Assembly: GCA_020632035.1 (NCBI GenBank)
Contig: JACKGG010000001.1
Location: forward strand, 45,056 to 109,055
Direction: 5' to 3'
Length of the DNA: 64,000 nucleotides
Origin: Candidatus Nomurabacteria bacterium
GTDB taxonomy: Bacteria; Patescibacteriota; Minisyncoccia; Phycocordibacterales; UBA918
The position numbers and the translations under genes were made by a program. The notes under the pieces are model-generated. The model saw only the letters and a program-made list of their open reading frames with translations. It made no database searches and was not told where the DNA came from. Positions 49,079 to 57,160 of this stretch are shown here, piece after piece. Numbering within the stretch: position 1 is the first letter of the stretch; the number at the start of each line of letters is the position of its first letter.

Positions 49079-49678
49079 CTACAATATTTTTATATCTTTG
49101 CAATAGCTTACCCGATGGATCGGGCATTTGCCGTATTTGGCTATATTTTCTCTGTGCAACTTAGTTCCATAGCCTTTATGTACATCAAAACCATACTGAA
49201 AATACTGTCGGGCGATTTTCTTCATATATTTATCTCGTGTAACCTTGGCCACAATCGACGCTAGTCCGATTACCTTTTCTTTATCATCACCTTTTATGAT
49301 GGTTTCTTGGGAGAATTGGGATGGCGCGCGAAGCGCGCCATCTAACTTAATAAAACAATCTCCCTCATTTAATTCAAGTCTATTAATACAGCGAGCCATA
49401 GCAGTGTTTATAGCAAAAACTATCCCTTTCTCATCTATTACGGAAGAACCGACCTGGGCCACTGCAAAATCTAATTGTCGGTGGTGGCGCAACTCTTTAG
49501 CTCGATGGAAGATTGCTTCGCGATTTTCCTCCGATACTTTCTTACTATCACCCACTCCAACAACAAGCTTCCAGTCAAAACCCTTAGGAATCTTTACCAC
49601 ACCAACAGCGACCGGCCCGGCCAAAGGACCTCGGCCTGCTTCGTCTATACCAATAATCCATTTAGCTTTCATATTCAA
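49079..49678 (-). CDS. rnhB: Ribonuclease HII
   Basis: GIDEAGRGPLAGPV N-terminal motif, 199 aa. Confidence 0.85.
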   Translation of the reverse strand: MNMKAKWIIGIDEAGRGPLAGPVAVGVVKIPKGFDWKLVVGVGDSKKVSEENREAIFHRAKELRHHRQLDFAVAQVGSSVIDEKGIVFAINTAMARCINRLELNEGDCFIKLDGALRAPSQFSQETIIKGDDKEKVIGLASIVAKVTRDKYMKKIARQYFQYGFDVHKGYGTKLHRENIAKYGKCPIHRVSYCKDIKIL

Positions 49679-49758
49679 AGTATTATAGCAAACATTGACT
49701 TTTACTTAGAAATATGTATAATATTAGATAAATGCACATTTTAGTGAGGGAGGCCAAG

Positions 49759-49968
49759 ATGAAAAATGTTAATACTCCAGAAAAAAGTTTTCTCTGGAAA
49801 GTTTGGGTAGGCGTAATGGTAATCTTGCTATTCTGCCACGTTCAACTAGACTACGACCCAGTTGATTTGAGCTGGATTGGAAAAACTTGTCTAGTCTTGG
49901 AAGTAATAGCAATCCTTTTTGTTGGCTCAGTTGGTCTTTGGACCATACTGGGTTGGGTAATAAACTAG
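49759..49968 (+). CDS. Small membrane protein
   Basis: Start at MKNVNTPEKSF, preceded by GAGGGAGG with a 6-nt spacing. Two transmembrane helices. Confidence 0.4.
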   Translation: MKNVNTPEKSFLWKVWVGVMVILLFCHVQLDYDPVDLSWIGKTCLVLEVIAILFVGSVGLWTILGWVIN

Positions 49969-49977
49969 GAGGAACCA

Positions 49978-50271
49978 ATGAAAAATTTTACTGTAGTAAT
50001 AGCTTTGTTGCTTACCTGTCCCCTCGTGGCTCAGGCAGACAACAATCCTATACAGGACGTCGCCAAGAGATTTGCTACCGATATTGGAGTCAGTACCCTG
50101 CAGTCCGCGAGGATAGAGTGTCCCCGAAACAAGGACTGTCGCCTGACAGCGACGATTCCGGGACGGGAGATAAAACCTTCCGTTGACGCGAAAGTCGTCA
50201 ATGGCCGGGGTCAGGGGTTAGAGATCCTGAAAGGAAGGATAACCCTGGGCTGGAAAGAGATAAAATTATGA
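49978..50271 (+). CDS. Small secreted protein
   Basis: Strong Shine-Dalgarno (AGGAGG) and signal peptide MKNFTVVIALLLTCPLVAQA. Confidence 0.45.
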   Translation: MKNFTVVIALLLTCPLVAQADNNPIQDVAKRFATDIGVSTLQSARIECPRNKDCRLTATIPGREIKPSVDAKVVNGRGQGLEILKGRITLGWKEIKL

Positions 50272-50521
50272 TCCTGTCTCACAGGCACCACGACATTCCA
50301 TTTCGGAAAGTCCTCTGGTGCTCTTTTTATATTCAACCCAACACACTGAGCGAGCTCTTGACGGAAAATGCCGTTGCGGAGTAATTATATATTTGTACTG
50401 AGTTGGAGTAGTAAATTGTGACTGTTTGAGCCGAAGGCGAGTCTCACAGTTTGCGTCGTGCAAACGATACTACAAATAATGATTACGTAGCATTCTGGCA
50501 TTTTCCGCCAAGAGCGAGCGA

Positions 50522-50530
50522 TGCTATAAT
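50522..50530 (+). promoter_or_regulatory. Extended -10 promoter (TGcTATAAT) 9 nt upstream of the dnaE ATG
   Basis: TG at 50522–50523, TATAAT at 50525–50530, ATG at 50540, and no Shine-Dalgarno sequence. Probably a leaderless transcript. Confidence 0.4.
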
Positions 50531-50539
50531 GCTAAAATC

Positions 50540-53500
50540 ATGCCCGCCCCGAAACTCTCTACCAACTTTGTCCACCTACACGTGCACTCAATGTACTCAC
50601 TCTTGAATGCCGTCCCCCGCCCTTCTGAGCTAGCTGCAGCCGCAAAAGCAGACGGACAGGATGCTCTTGCCATTACCGACGCCGGTGCTCTTTACGGAGC
50701 GATAGATTTTTATAAAGCTTGTACCAAAGAAGAAATAAAACCGATCATCGGACTGGATGCTTTTCTGGCGCCTCGCACTCGCTTTGATAAAGAAGTAAAT
50801 ATAGACAAACCAAGGTCTAGACTTGTCCTTTTGGCTAAGACTTTCACCGGTTACCAAAACTTGATCAAACTTGTAACTCGTTCTAACACCGAAGGTTTCT
50901 ACTACCGCCCCCGGATTGACGAAGAACTGTTGAAAGAATTAAAAGATGACTTAGTTTGTATCATTCCCTCTTTTGCCGGTGAAGTGGCCCAAGCCATAAA
51001 AGACGTCAATCCAGAAAAAGCAACTGAGCGGCTGGACTGGTACAAAAATGTATTTGGTGATGATTGTTATTTAGAAATCTCCCACCACCCTGAAATCTTT
51101 GATCATGAAGAAATCCAAACTAAAATAAAAGCCTTAGCGAAAGAGACTAGCACTCCCCTAGTGGCTGCCCACGATGTCTACTACCTAAAACCAGAAGACA
51201 GCTTAGCACGAGAGACCATGATCAAGATTCAAAGCGGTGGAGTGGTGGACACCACCGTCGACTTTGAAAGTGGTAACAACTTTTCGTTCACAACCCAAGC
51301 ACAGATGAAAGAGTGGTTTGCCGACACTCCAGAAGCTTTAAGTAACACAGTAAAAATTGCTGAGCAATGTAATGTGGAAATAGAAATTGGTACGCACTGG
51401 TACTTCCCAGACTACAAAATAGAGAGTGGTCGCGAGTCCGACGACGAGCTTCAGGTCACTTCTTATGAGGGCGTTAAGTGGCGTGGTTTAGATATAAATG
51501 ACAAGGAAGTAAAAGAGCGTCTGGACTACGAGCTGGAGGTGATTAAAAACAAAGGTTACGCCAAGTACTTTTTGGTGGTGGGAGACCTACTGCGTGAGTC
51601 TCGCGAAAGAGGTATTTTAACCACCATTAGAGGTTCAGTGGCCGGCTCATTAACTACCTATGTACTTGGTATTACCAATGTGAACCCCTTAGAATACAAG
51701 CTTCCCTTTGAGCGTTTTCTCAATCCTGAACGTCCGTCGGCGCCCGATATCGATATGGACTTTGCCGATAATCGTCGGGATGAAATTATCGAATACGCCA
51801 AGGAAAAGTACGGTGAGGACAAGGTAGCCCAGATCGGTACCTTTGGAACCATGATGGCACGCGCGGCCGTCCGAGATGTGGCACGAGCACTTGGCTACTC
51901 TTACTCGACTGGTGACCGTATTGCCAAACTGATTCCCTTAGGTGCTCAAGGCTTCCCTATGACAATCGACCGGGCGCTTGAGATCGAACCAGACCTAGCC
52001 GAACTTTATAAAAAGGACTCCGAATCTCGAGAGGTGATTGACCTAGCTAAGCAAATAGAAGGTCGGGTTCGTCACCTTGGTGTGCACGCCGCTGGAGTGG
52101 TAATCGCTCCTGAACCCCTTAATCAATTTGTTCCGATCCAGATCGACTCCAAGTCGGGTAAATTTATTACTCAATACGAAATGCACAGCGTCGGCGAAGA
52201 CGGTGTCGGCCTTTTGAAGTTTGACTTCCTTGGTATCAAAAACCTCGCCATCCTCGCCGACGCAGTAAAACGAGTGAAGAAAATTCGGGGTGAGATTGTA
52301 GACATCGAAAATATTCCCCTCGATGACGCTAAGACTTTTAATATTTTGGCCAAAGGTGAAACCATGGGTCTCTTCCAGCTCAACGGTACCGGGATGACTT
52401 CTTTCTTAAAGCAACTCAAGCCAACCACTATCCACGACATCAACGCGATGGTGGCGCTTTATCGCCCAGGGCCAATGGAAATGATTCCAACCTACATTGA
52501 ACGTAAACATAACTCAACTTTAATCTCTTTCCTTGACCCCCGCATGGAAGATATTCTTGATCGTTCATACGGGGTTATCACCTACCAAGACGACGTGATG
52601 ATGATATCGATCAAACTGGCCGGCTACTCTTGGCTAGAAGCCGACAAACTTAGAAAAGCGATGGGTAAGAAAATTCCTGAAGTTATGGCAGCTGAGAAAG
52701 ACAAACTTTTTCAAGGACTTATAGACAATGGCATGCCTGGCAATAAAGCCGAGGAACTTTGGAAACTTATCGAACCATTTGCTGCCTATGGATTCAACAA
52801 AGCCCACGCCGCTAGCTATGGTCGAGTTGCCTATCAGACGGCTTATATGAAGGCTAATTTCCCAGTTGAATACATGTCGGCGGTGCTAACCGCCGACTCT
52901 GGTGACACCGATCGGATCTCAGATAGTATCCATGAATGCGAACGCATGGGCATAGATGTGTTACCGCCCGACATAAACGAATCATTTGCTGATTTCTCAG
53001 TAGTCCCAGGTAAGCAAACAATTCGTTTTGGTCTTACCACTATAAAAAACTTTGGCGCCGGAATTGCCGAAATCATTATTGAAGACAGAAAAAAGAACGG
53101 GCCTTTTACTTCAATGCAAGATTTTCTGTCGAGGATTCATGACCGAGCCCTCAATAAAAAATCACTTGAAGCGCTAATTACTACTGGGGCTTTCGATAGC
53201 TTTAACGAACGTGGAGAGCTATTTGCCAACCTAGAAAACCTTCTCTCATTCAACCGCGAGCATGTGGCTGGAAAAGAAGCAAGTCAAGATTCACTTTTTG
53301 GTGGGATGGAGGAAGTAAATGGGCTTACTCTAGAACCAGCCGAAGCTGCCACTATGATGCAAAAACTACTTTGGGAAAAAGAGCTGCTTGGTATTTATGT
53401 TTCCGGCCATCCCTTAGACGCCCACGAAGGAGAGATTGCCAAACGCCCAACAATTAAGCAAACAAGAGAAGGCTACAAAGGAACAACCGTGGTTACTACT

Positions 53501-53746
53501 GGTTTAGTAGAAACCGTAAAGGAGCTTTTAACTAAAAAAGGCGACCGGATGGCTTTTGTAAAACTAGCCGACCAAACAGACAGTATTGAAATGGTTGCCT
53601 TCCCCGAAGCTTACGCCAGTAATAGAGAAGTACTAGAACCTGGTACCTGTGTCGCGGTAAAAGGTAAGCTCAACTTCCGCAACGATGAACCAAGTATTTT
53701 AATAGATAAAATTAAAATACTTGGTTCTAACACAGCCTCAGATTAA
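50540..53746 (+). CDS. dnaE: DNA polymerase III alpha subunit
   Basis: PHP domain N-terminus (FVHLHVHSMYSLL), polymerase core and OB fold, 1068 aa. Confidence 0.9.
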   Translation: MPAPKLSTNFVHLHVHSMYSLLNAVPRPSELAAAAKADGQDALAITDAGALYGAIDFYKACTKEEIKPIIGLDAFLAPRTRFDKEVNIDKPRSRLVLLAKTFTGYQNLIKLVTRSNTEGFYYRPRIDEELLKELKDDLVCIIPSFAGEVAQAIKDVNPEKATERLDWYKNVFGDDCYLEISHHPEIFDHEEIQTKIKALAKETSTPLVAAHDVYYLKPEDSLARETMIKIQSGGVVDTTVDFESGNNFSFTTQAQMKEWFADTPEALSNTVKIAEQCNVEIEIGTHWYFPDYKIESGRESDDELQVTSYEGVKWRGLDINDKEVKERLDYELEVIKNKGYAKYFLVVGDLLRESRERGILTTIRGSVAGSLTTYVLGITNVNPLEYKLPFERFLNPERPSAPDIDMDFADNRRDEIIEYAKEKYGEDKVAQIGTFGTMMARAAVRDVARALGYSYSTGDRIAKLIPLGAQGFPMTIDRALEIEPDLAELYKKDSESREVIDLAKQIEGRVRHLGVHAAGVVIAPEPLNQFVPIQIDSKSGKFITQYEMHSVGEDGVGLLKFDFLGIKNLAILADAVKRVKKIRGEIVDIENIPLDDAKTFNILAKGETMGLFQLNGTGMTSFLKQLKPTTIHDINAMVALYRPGPMEMIPTYIERKHNSTLISFLDPRMEDILDRSYGVITYQDDVMMISIKLAGYSWLEADKLRKAMGKKIPEVMAAEKDKLFQGLIDNGMPGNKAEELWKLIEPFAAYGFNKAHAASYGRVAYQTAYMKANFPVEYMSAVLTADSGDTDRISDSIHECERMGIDVLPPDINESFADFSVVPGKQTIRFGLTTIKNFGAGIAEIIIEDRKKNGPFTSMQDFLSRIHDRALNKKSLEALITTGAFDSFNERGELFANLENLLSFNREHVAGKEASQDSLFGGMEEVNGLTLEPAEAATMMQKLLWEKELLGIYVSGHPLDAHEGEIAKRPTIKQTREGYKGTTVVTTGLVETVKELLTKKGDRMAFVKLADQTDSIEMVAFPEAYASNREVLEPGTCVAVKGKLNFRNDEPSILIDKIKILGSNTASD

Positions 53747-53901
53747 CCTGCTTTGACAGAGATTTTGCTATTGACAAATAGCATTATAAAGATAGGTTTA
53801 ATTCAATTTATTGGAATATACCGTTACATGCGTAAGGCTTTCGAAGAGACGCTGAAACGATACAATCCAATACCGCAGACTGCCATTTTGGGCAGTTTTA
53901 T

Positions 53902-54810
53902 TTATATATTAGCAATACTGGCTCGCAACTGATCACTGTAGTCTGCTGATTGGACGTTAACCCTAGTATTGTCTATCAGGTGCCTGAATTTTATAGCCGG
54001 AAATTCTCCGCCTGACTCGATCAATTCCATTTCATATAAAACTTCGTCGAAATATCCTGGCAAGATTGTCTTCCAAGTAAGTGGAAAATCTACTTGAGAC
54101 ATTTGTTCGACTGGTCTGGTTAGTTCATTGGTACAATTATGGGTTAGGGTATTGTACATGGTAGGTGTCTCGTAGACGTCGTTTACCTTTTTTGAAATGA
54201 GTCTCAGTAATTCTTTAGCTTGTTCTGAGGTGGCTTTGGTTGGATACAAATAGACTCTCTCCCCCCTATACCCCGTTCTCACCCCCACAATATCTTTTTC
54301 TGAGCCAACCACGTAAATAGTCTCAAACTGTCTAAGTATTCCTAAGAGAGGTGAAAAGGCTTCCCCTTCTTCTCTTCTTGTTTCTAACGATACTACGACT
54401 GGTTCATCGTCTTCGACTCTAAAGCTCAAAAATATATGAGCCAACCCTTCAAAATCATCGAAGTGCGAGATAAAAACATCTACCCCACTGATGTTATCGA
54501 AGTCAAAGGTTCTTGATTCATAATTCACCTCAGCAGCTTTAACGTCTGTCCAGTTGAAATTTCGATAGTTATTAATGGTAACCATGGAGCTATCGGTAGA
54601 ATAAATAAACTGTGGAAGTTGTTCGTGACCCAACTCCCAATCTCTATCGTGTGATGGCCTAAAAATTATTACTAAACAAAGATACACCACCAGCCACAAT
54701 AAAAGTATGGTGGATAAAAACAATAATATTTTGTGCCTGAAGAAAAAACCCTTTATTTTCATAAATTTATTATACTTTAAAACTGAACTGGCAAATATCT
54801 TTCTCAACAT
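53902..54810 (-). CDS. Membrane-anchored DUF4105-like protein
   Basis: N-terminal transmembrane segment and the C-terminal …YNTLTHNCTNEL motif, characteristic of the DUF4105/Lnb-like family. Confidence 0.5.
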   Translation of the reverse strand: MLRKIFASSVLKYNKFMKIKGFFFRHKILLFLSTILLLWLVVYLCLVIIFRPSHDRDWELGHEQLPQFIYSTDSSMVTINNYRNFNWTDVKAAEVNYESRTFDFDNISGVDVFISHFDDFEGLAHIFLSFRVEDDEPVVVSLETRREEGEAFSPLLGILRQFETIYVVGSEKDIVGVRTGYRGERVYLYPTKATSEQAKELLRLISKKVNDVYETPTMYNTLTHNCTNELTRPVEQMSQVDFPLTWKTILPGYFDEVLYEMELIESGGEFPAIKFRHLIDNTRVNVQSADYSDQLRASIANI

Positions 54811-54861
54811 TTACAAAAATGACTGATTTGACAAAGATTTTATGAAGGTTAAGATAATACC

Positions 54862-55033
54862 TACAGAGATTGTGGCGCCTACCAAACGCCAGAGCTTAGC
54901 TCGATACTTTCCTAATCTGTATAAATGAGAGCCGATTGGCATACTAATCGGAAACTCGGTGGAACCGCGATCAAGATCGTCCGAGTGAGTCTACGAATTA
55001 TTCGTATATTCACTTGGGCGATTTTATTTTATT
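54862..55033 (+). promoter_or_regulatory. Candidate minimal T-box riboswitch leader of thrS (Thr specifier)
   Basis: GGTGGAACCGCG at 54958–54969 matches the T-box consensus GGUGGNACCGCG. Antiterminator: A1 ACUCGG (54954–59), bulge UGGAACC, A2 GCGAUC/GAUCGU, A1' CCGAGU (54981–86). Alternative terminator: 54976–54986 pairs with 55011–55021 (11 bp), followed by UUUUAUUUUAUU. The upstream hairpin GGCG-ccuACCAaa-CGCC (54874–54890) presents a Thr ACC codon followed by A. Confidence 0.5.
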
Positions 55034-55340
55034 AGAAATTCTGTAGACTCTTTCACTTTAGACTTCTTCCAGACACGCGTCCTCGCCTCCTGCGGGCTCG
55101 GCGCTATGCTCGCTCGATTTTCGCACTATCGTGCGACCGAGCAAAATCGAACTGCGCAATGTCTGTAAAAAATCTAAAGTGAATTCGCTACCATAGAGAA
55201 CTGGGAAGTTATCTCTGTCTAGCGAAACATACCGCAGACTGACCTAGTTTTCAGGAAAGACGCTCAGTCTGACCATGAAAACGGGAAGGTGAGGACGTTG
55301 AGTCTGATAGAGATAACTTCCCAGTTCTAAGAACAAAAAT

Positions 55341-57092
55341 ATGAACCAATCACTAGAACATAAACGACACACCCTCGCTCACCTCTTGGCGGCAGCAGTA
55401 GTTGAGAAGTATCCGAATGCCAAACTAACGCTAGGACCAGCCATTGATACTGGTTTCTATTATGACATCGATTTTTCTACTGGCGATACTCCGGGCGATG
55501 CTGACCTGAAAGATCTCCAGAAAGACATGAAGAAGTTATTGAACAAATGGACAGAATTTACGCACGAGGTGGTTTCTGCTGACCGAGCCAGAGAGATTTT
55601 TGCAGGTAATGAGTTTAAGTTAGAACTTGTAAATGAAATCGAAACAAAAGGCGAACAAATCACTCTTTATACCTGTGGTGGATTTACCGACCTCTGCCGA
55701 GGCGGACACTCGGACAACCCAAAAGCAGAAATTTCTACCGATGCATTCAAACTAGACAAAATCGCTGGTGCTTACTGGCGCGGAGACGAAAAAAACCTAA
55801 TGCTTACCCGTATTTACGGTTTGGCTTTTGATACCAAAGAAGAGCTAGAAGCATATGAAACCCAAATGGAAGAAGCTAAAAAGCGTGACCACAGGAAAAT
55901 TGGAAAAGAATTAGACCTCTTCACTTTTTCAGAATTAGTTGGACCAGGCCTTCCCCTCTTCACCCCAAACGGCACAATGATGCGTGATTTGATTGTAGAT
56001 AAAATCATGCAGATCCAAGCTAAGTATGGATACAAAAAAGTTACGATCCCCCATATTACAAAAAGTGACCTGTACAAGACTTCTGGCCACTGGGAAAAAT
56101 TTGGCGATGAATTGTTCAAGGTAAAAGGTCAATCTGAAGCTGAGTTTGTCATAAAGCCGATGAATTGCCCACATCACACCCAAATTTTTGATGCTCAACC
56201 ACGTTCATATAAGGAGCTTCCAATTCGTTATGCAGAGACAACTATGGTTTACCGTGACGAGCAAGCGGGCGAACTTATTGGACTTGGACGAGTACGTAGT
56301 ATCACTCAGGATGATGGTCACGTTTTTTGTACAGTAGACCAAATTGACCAAGAGGTAGAAAATATTGTCCTCGTGATAAAAGAATTCTATCAATCCCTTG
56401 GTATGTACGAAGAAGGAAAATTCTGGGTATCATTATCTGTGAGTGATCCAAAAGACCCAGGCAAGTATCTTGGTGATAAAGAAAACTGGAAGAAAGCAGA
56501 GAACATGCTTGAAAATGTCGCCAAGAAGCTAGAACTACCTTACAAGCGAGTCGAGGGAGAGGCTGCATTCTATGGGCCGAAGTTAGACTTTATGTTCTTC
56601 GACGCCATTGGTCGGGAGCGTCAGCTTGCGACCGCCCAGTTGGACTTTGTTATGCCAGAACGTTTTGACCTTAGTTACGTGGATAACGAAGGAAATAAGC
56701 AAACTCCTGTTATGATCCACCGAGCAATTGCAGGTTCATTAGAACGTTTCATGGCCATTATGATTGAGCACTTTGCTGGCAACTTCCCGCTCTGGCTTTC
56801 ACCTACTCAATTAACCATCATCCCAGTGGCTGAGGTTCACAATGAATACGCCCTTAATGTTCACAAAGCTTTACTTGAAGCAGGCTTTAGAGCGGAAATT
56901 GATACAGAAAATGAATCCATGGGCAAAAAAATCAGAGGTGCGAAAAAGAACAAACTTCCTTACTTTGTAGTTATCGGAGACAAAGACATAGAGTCTAGCT
57001 CAGTGACTTTAGAATCTAGAGACACTGGAGAATCAGTATCTATTTCTCTTGATGACTTAATTGCGAAACTGTCCAAAGAAGCGAGTGTGTAA
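55341..57092 (+). CDS. thrS: Threonyl-tRNA synthetase (no N-terminal TGS domain)
   Basis: Starts in the editing-domain region (HKRHTLAHLLAAAV zinc-site His residues). Class II catalytic core with conserved HR/FRDE-type motif regions and an anticodon-binding domain. 583 aa, against about 640 aa for canonical ThrRS. Confidence 0.9.
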   Translation: MNQSLEHKRHTLAHLLAAAVVEKYPNAKLTLGPAIDTGFYYDIDFSTGDTPGDADLKDLQKDMKKLLNKWTEFTHEVVSADRAREIFAGNEFKLELVNEIETKGEQITLYTCGGFTDLCRGGHSDNPKAEISTDAFKLDKIAGAYWRGDEKNLMLTRIYGLAFDTKEELEAYETQMEEAKKRDHRKIGKELDLFTFSELVGPGLPLFTPNGTMMRDLIVDKIMQIQAKYGYKKVTIPHITKSDLYKTSGHWEKFGDELFKVKGQSEAEFVIKPMNCPHHTQIFDAQPRSYKELPIRYAETTMVYRDEQAGELIGLGRVRSITQDDGHVFCTVDQIDQEVENIVLVIKEFYQSLGMYEEGKFWVSLSVSDPKDPGKYLGDKENWKKAENMLENVAKKLELPYKRVEGEAAFYGPKLDFMFFDAIGRERQLATAQLDFVMPERFDLSYVDNEGNKQTPVMIHRAIAGSLERFMAIMIEHFAGNFPLWLSPTQLTIIPVAEVHNEYALNVHKALLEAGFRAEIDTENESMGKKIRGAKKNKLPYFVVIGDKDIESSSVTLESRDTGESVSISLDDLIAKLSKEASV

Positions 57093-57104
57093 AGCAGAGA
57101 GCAG

Positions 57105-57136
57105 AAAAAAGTCGCCCGTACGGGCGACTTTTTTGT
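57105..57136. terminator. Bidirectional rho-independent terminator
   Basis: AAAAGTCGCCCG-ta-CGGGCGACTTTT. Confidence 0.65.
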
Positions 57137-57160
57137 TCTAATAATTAGACCTGGATCAAA

